A stretch of DNA of 20,000 nt from an uncultured virus (IMG/VR IMGVR_UViG_3300010233_000007) (taxonomy: Duplodnaviria; Heunggongvirae; Uroviricota; Caudoviricetes), in the IMG/VR virus record IMGVR_UViG_3300010233_000007; one strand, written 5' to 3'. Numbering within the stretch: position 1 is the first letter of the stretch; each line of letters opens with the position of its first letter. The position numbers and the translations under genes were made by a program. Positions 16,923 through 20,000 of this stretch are shown here, piece after piece. Under the pieces are notes generated by a model. It was not told the DNA's origin. It was given only the letters and a program-made list of their open reading frames with translations, and searched no databases.

Positions 16923-18123
16923 AGAAGCAGTTTGTGAAGTACCGCAGGAGCAAAAAGAACGTGTAAAGAGCACACATAAGGCCGAAGTAGTGCCGGTAGT
17001 AATGACGAAGCATACGAACGCTGATACACTCTCAGTCGTTAGTATATTTGATGGCGGCTATACATGCGTGGTTCGGACTGAAGATTGGATTGGCAAGACT
17101 AAAGCAGTTTACATTCCGCCCGATTCAACTGTAGATGTACGTAGGCCAGAATTCGCATTTCTAGCAGCGGAAGCCAAAGCTGATAATCGTGTAAGAATCA
17201 GAGCTAAGAAACTGCGTGGCGTGGTTTCATTTGGTATGTTAGTGCCTGTAGCTGATGATGCGGTAATCGGTACTGACATGGCTGGTGAATTAGGGATTGA
17301 GCATTATGAGCCACCTATAGCTGAATTAAAAGGATCTAATCGTGGGTCATTTTATATGGGTGGCGAGCTTGACTCTGGTCCAACTATTTTCTCGGTTAAA
17401 TACGATGTGGATACGTTACGCAGGTATAAAGATCGATTTGTGCAAGGCGAGCCTGTGTATGTGACTATCAAAATGGATGGATCTAATGCACGTTTTGTTT
17501 ATAGTGAAGGTAAATTTCATTGCGGTAGCAGAACAATGTGGAAGCGTGAATTTCCATCATTTAGTCATGTCACCAAAGAGAATCTGTTGACCCAAGGTGT
17601 ACCAGAAGATAGAGTTCAAGTAATTCTAGAAGACATTGAGCGAAAGAAAGCTCATCCGCGTAAAAATATGTGGCATGAGTTATTAGATTTAACACCAAGT
17701 CTTCGTGCATTCTTAGAAGCAAATCCAGACTATTTGGTATATGGAGAATGTGTAGCTGCGCAAGGTCGAATCAAATACGGATTCAAAGAGAATGTAAGGT
17801 TCTTCGCTTTCGATGTGATGAAAGACGGTAAGTGGATTGATTTTGGTGAAATGGTTGAATTACTGAATAATTATGATGTACCTATTGTTCCTGTGCTAGA
17901 TGAAAACGGTAACAGACAAGACATAAAGAACATTAAGCCGATTCCCTTTGATTTTGAACTAATTTGTAAGTTATCGGAGGGTTTAACCCTGTGTGATGGG
18001 GTTAAGGATGGCGTGATTCGTGAAGGCGTTGTAGTAGAACCAGTAAACATACGTATTGATCCACATATTGGCCGGATTAAGCTCAAGGTAGTTAGTAGTA
18101 CGTATTTGGAGAAATACAAATGA
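16915..18123 (+). CDS. RNA ligase, DRB0094/Rnl5 family
   Basis: N-terminal OB-type module HTNADTL, VYIPPDS, RIRAKKLRGVVSFG; ligase motifs KMDGSN, YGE, FFAFD, REGVVV, KLKVVS..YL. Confidence 0.9.
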   Translation: MVEEAVCEVPQEQKERVKSTHKAEVVPVVMTKHTNADTLSVVSIFDGGYTCVVRTEDWIGKTKAVYIPPDSTVDVRRPEFAFLAAEAKADNRVRIRAKKLRGVVSFGMLVPVADDAVIGTDMAGELGIEHYEPPIAELKGSNRGSFYMGGELDSGPTIFSVKYDVDTLRRYKDRFVQGEPVYVTIKMDGSNARFVYSEGKFHCGSRTMWKREFPSFSHVTKENLLTQGVPEDRVQVILEDIERKKAHPRKNMWHELLDLTPSLRAFLEANPDYLVYGECVAAQGRIKYGFKENVRFFAFDVMKDGKWIDFGEMVELLNNYDVPIVPVLDENGNRQDIKNIKPIPFDFELICKLSEGLTLCDGVKDGVIREGVVVEPVNIRIDPHIGRIKLKVVSSTYLEKYK

Positions 18124-18332
18124 GGTTATGGGCTAGGGATCTCGAAGATTTAGATACAGCCGTAGAAGAGATAGTTTTTGAATTTTTGAAACATAGATTA
18201 GAACTTAAAATGACTAATGCACAGGTATTAGACCCGGAAACTCACGATATAGTTGGCTATAAAAAGGAAGTGCAATTGTACTTAACGACTAAAAATGGTA
18301 ATAAAATACTGATCACAGAAGCTCAAGCTTAG
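18120..18332 (+). CDS. Hypothetical protein, paralog of next gene
   Basis: VFEFLKHRLEL...LITEAQA. Confidence 0.7.
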   Translation: MRLWARDLEDLDTAVEEIVFEFLKHRLELKMTNAQVLDPETHDIVGYKKEVQLYLTTKNGNKILITEAQA

Positions 18333-18342
18333 GAGTAATCCT

Positions 18343-18567
18343 TTGGGATTATCAGAAAGATTAGACAACATTGTGGCTAGTGGTTGTGTTGTAGAAAGTG
18401 ATGATGATTTCTATAAAGACTTTAACGCGGCCGTTTTTGAATACTTGAAACAAAACCTTAAATTAAGTATAAAACAATGGGCGCTAGGCAATCATATATC
18501 TGTGAAACTAGAGCTTCGTAATCCAGATAGTGAGCAATACGAACTCATTACAGAGGCTAATACCTAA
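18343..18567 (+). CDS. Hypothetical protein, paralog of previous gene
   Basis: TTG start with AGGAG; VFEYLKQNLKL...LITEANT. Confidence 0.7.
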   Translation: MGLSERLDNIVASGCVVESDDDFYKDFNAAVFEYLKQNLKLSIKQWALGNHISVKLELRNPDSEQYELITEANT

Positions 18568-18577
18568 ATGGCCATGA

Positions 18578-18597
18578 TTCTAATTTCAAAATTAGAA
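18578..18597. promoter_or_regulatory. Palindromic motif copy 7 (TTCTAATT-TCAA-AATTAGAA)
   Basis: Identical to copy 2 over 24 bp including the following AGGT; 8 nt before thyX ATG 18606. Confidence 0.75.
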
Positions 18598-18605
18598 AGG
18601 TTAGA

Positions 18606-19478
18606 ATGCTCACGACTTTCACGCCAAAGCAATTCAAAACAAAGCATGGCACACCATATCTAAAAGAACCGGGTGTCATTCCACTGGCGCATACAGCGGC
18701 AATACATGACTTCTTACCTATGCAGGATTTTCTGGATGAATTTGACGAAGAGCTTGAATTTAAAGAGTATTTTATTGTCCCAACATTTTAGGCCGATACC
18801 GATGAAATATGCAAGATAGCAGGACAAAACTGCTATCTGTCATTCGGGCCTAAGCGGTCATGGAATAAGGACGCAGATAAGTATTTCGGTAATATAAAAG
18901 AGTCAGCCCATTTTTCAGTGTGTGAACATGCGAGTTTTACATTTCTGTTATATGGAATATCGCGTTCGGCATCACATGAATGTGTTCGACATCGCGCTGG
19001 AACCAGTTTTTCACAACTTAGTCAACGATATGTAGACGGCAAGAAACTTAGATTTGTTGAAAGACCAGAGTATCAGAATGATCAAGCGCTGCACACACTA
19101 TTTGAGGCGCGAATAGATAATCTTAAAGAGCAATATGAAGAGATGGCCGGCATATTAATGCGGAATCAACAAGAAGGTGCACAACAACTATTAGACGCAG
19201 AACGTAAAACAGACTTAAAGAAGAAAGTGAATCAAACAGCCAGATCAGTCTTGCCAAATGAAACTGAGACAACTATAGTAATGACAGCCAATGCTAGAGC
19301 TTGGCGACATTTCATTAATCTTAGAGCAACGGAGGCAGCAGAAGTTGAAATTCGTGAATTAGCGTATAGAATATGGTGTTGTCTGAAAGAGATAAGTCCA
19401 TTGATATTTAATGACTATGAAGTAATTACACTGAAAGATGGCACTAGGGGTTTAACAACAAAGTATAAGGAAGTGTAA
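18606..19478 (+). CDS. thyX: FAD-dependent thymidylate synthase ThyX, interrupted by one in-frame TAG (18789-18791)
   Basis: Track ORFs 18606..18791 and 18918..19478 share a frame; the intervening sequence reads ADTDEICKIAGQNCYLSFGPKRSWNKDADKYFGNIKESAHFSVCEHA; signature SHECVRHR..SFSQLSQRY, ARSVLPN, NARAWRHFINLR, AEVEIR intact. Confidence 0.9.
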
Positions 19479-19981
19479 TGGCACAAATACAGGGACAAGG
19501 CTGTGAAATACGAAATTTAGAAGAGATATTAGAGATGCAGCCATATGATAAAAAGCTCTTTATCAGGCCAGTACATCAATTGCGTGTAGAAGCATNNNNN
19601 NNNNNNNNNNNNNNNNNNNNNNNNNNNNNNNNNNNNNNNNNNNNNNNNNNNNNNNNNNNNNNNNNNNNNNNNNNNNNNNNNNNNNNNNNNNNNNNNNNNN
19701 NNNNNNNNNNNNNNNNNNNNNNNNNNNNNNNNNNNNNNNNNNNNNNNNNNNCTGATGCTTTGGCTGATTTATCGGTAGTGCTGATTGGCACAGCGTCGGC
19801 TATTGGTGTAGGTATGAATCCGTTGCTGGAAGTAACCGACCAAAACAACTTGGAAAAACTGACAGGTGATTATAGTATTCGTGATGATGGTAAGATCATT
19901 AAATCATCTAAACATAAACCACCTGATTTCGCGAAAGTGTTAAAAGAACAAGGCTGGGGACCACCAAAACCCGTCGAGTAA
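19478..19981 (+). CDS. MazG-like/PRA-PH nucleoside triphosphate pyrophosphohydrolase (middle in gap)
   Basis: DALADLSVVLIG...N..K...RDDGKIIK...PPD at the C-terminus; TAATG-coupled to thyX; N-terminal part uncertain because of the gap. Confidence 0.7.
   Translation: MAQIQGQGCEIRNLEEILEMQPYDKKLFIRPVHQLRVEAXXXXXXXXXXXXXXXXXXXXXXXXXXXXXXXXXXXXXXXXXXXXXXXXXXXXXDALADLSVVLIGTASAIGVGMNPLLEVTDQNNLEKLTGDYSIRDDGKIIKSSKHKPPDFAKVLKEQGWGPPKPVE
19596..19751. other. Assembly gap (156 N)
   Basis: N run. Confidence 0.99.
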
Positions 19982-20000
19982 ATAGCATGAAAGCAAAGAA

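Noticed and set aside
1372..18597. Palindrome copies as integron attC sites or CRISPR repeats
   Set aside because: Too short, lacking GTTRRRY cores, kilobases apart, and some lie within coding sequence.
94..19848. All minus-strand ORFs in the track
   Set aside because: They are antisense shadows of plus-strand genes with no recognisable motifs; the poly-Ser ORF mirrors the acidic tract.
1..20000. Genome-wide TAG reassignment (genetic code 15)
   Set aside because: Long genes are uninterrupted in code 11, and other TAGs (6577, 8439, 11293, 18332) behave as true ends, with another stop shortly after.

Overview
Dense, entirely plus-strand gene array with frequent ATGA/TAATG start-stop overlaps, most consistent with a large uncultured bacteriophage genome (two N gaps). 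Recognisable genes: a divergent RecA/UvsX-like recombinase (5'-truncated), a BCS1-like AAA ATPase, a NadR/AAA_28-like P-loop NTPase, a type I phosphoribosyltransferase, a vWA protein, a DUF2934-like protein, a 5'(3')-deoxyribonucleotidase, a matrixin-like metallopeptidase, a pol-beta-type nucleotidyltransferase, peptide deformylase, a DRB0094/Rnl5-type RNA ligase, ThyX and a MazG/PRA-PH-like pyrophosphatase, plus many small hypothetical genes. Not shown in the ORF track: a tRNA-Pro(UGG) at 10110-10182, a ~145-nt tRNA/tmRNA-like structured RNA at 6542-6686, seven copies of a 20-bp palindrome (TTCTAATT-N4-AATTAGAA) each at a translation start, an in-frame TAG splitting thyX, three tandem paralog pairs, and five coupled small membrane-protein genes. 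All family calls come from motif recognition, not database searches.
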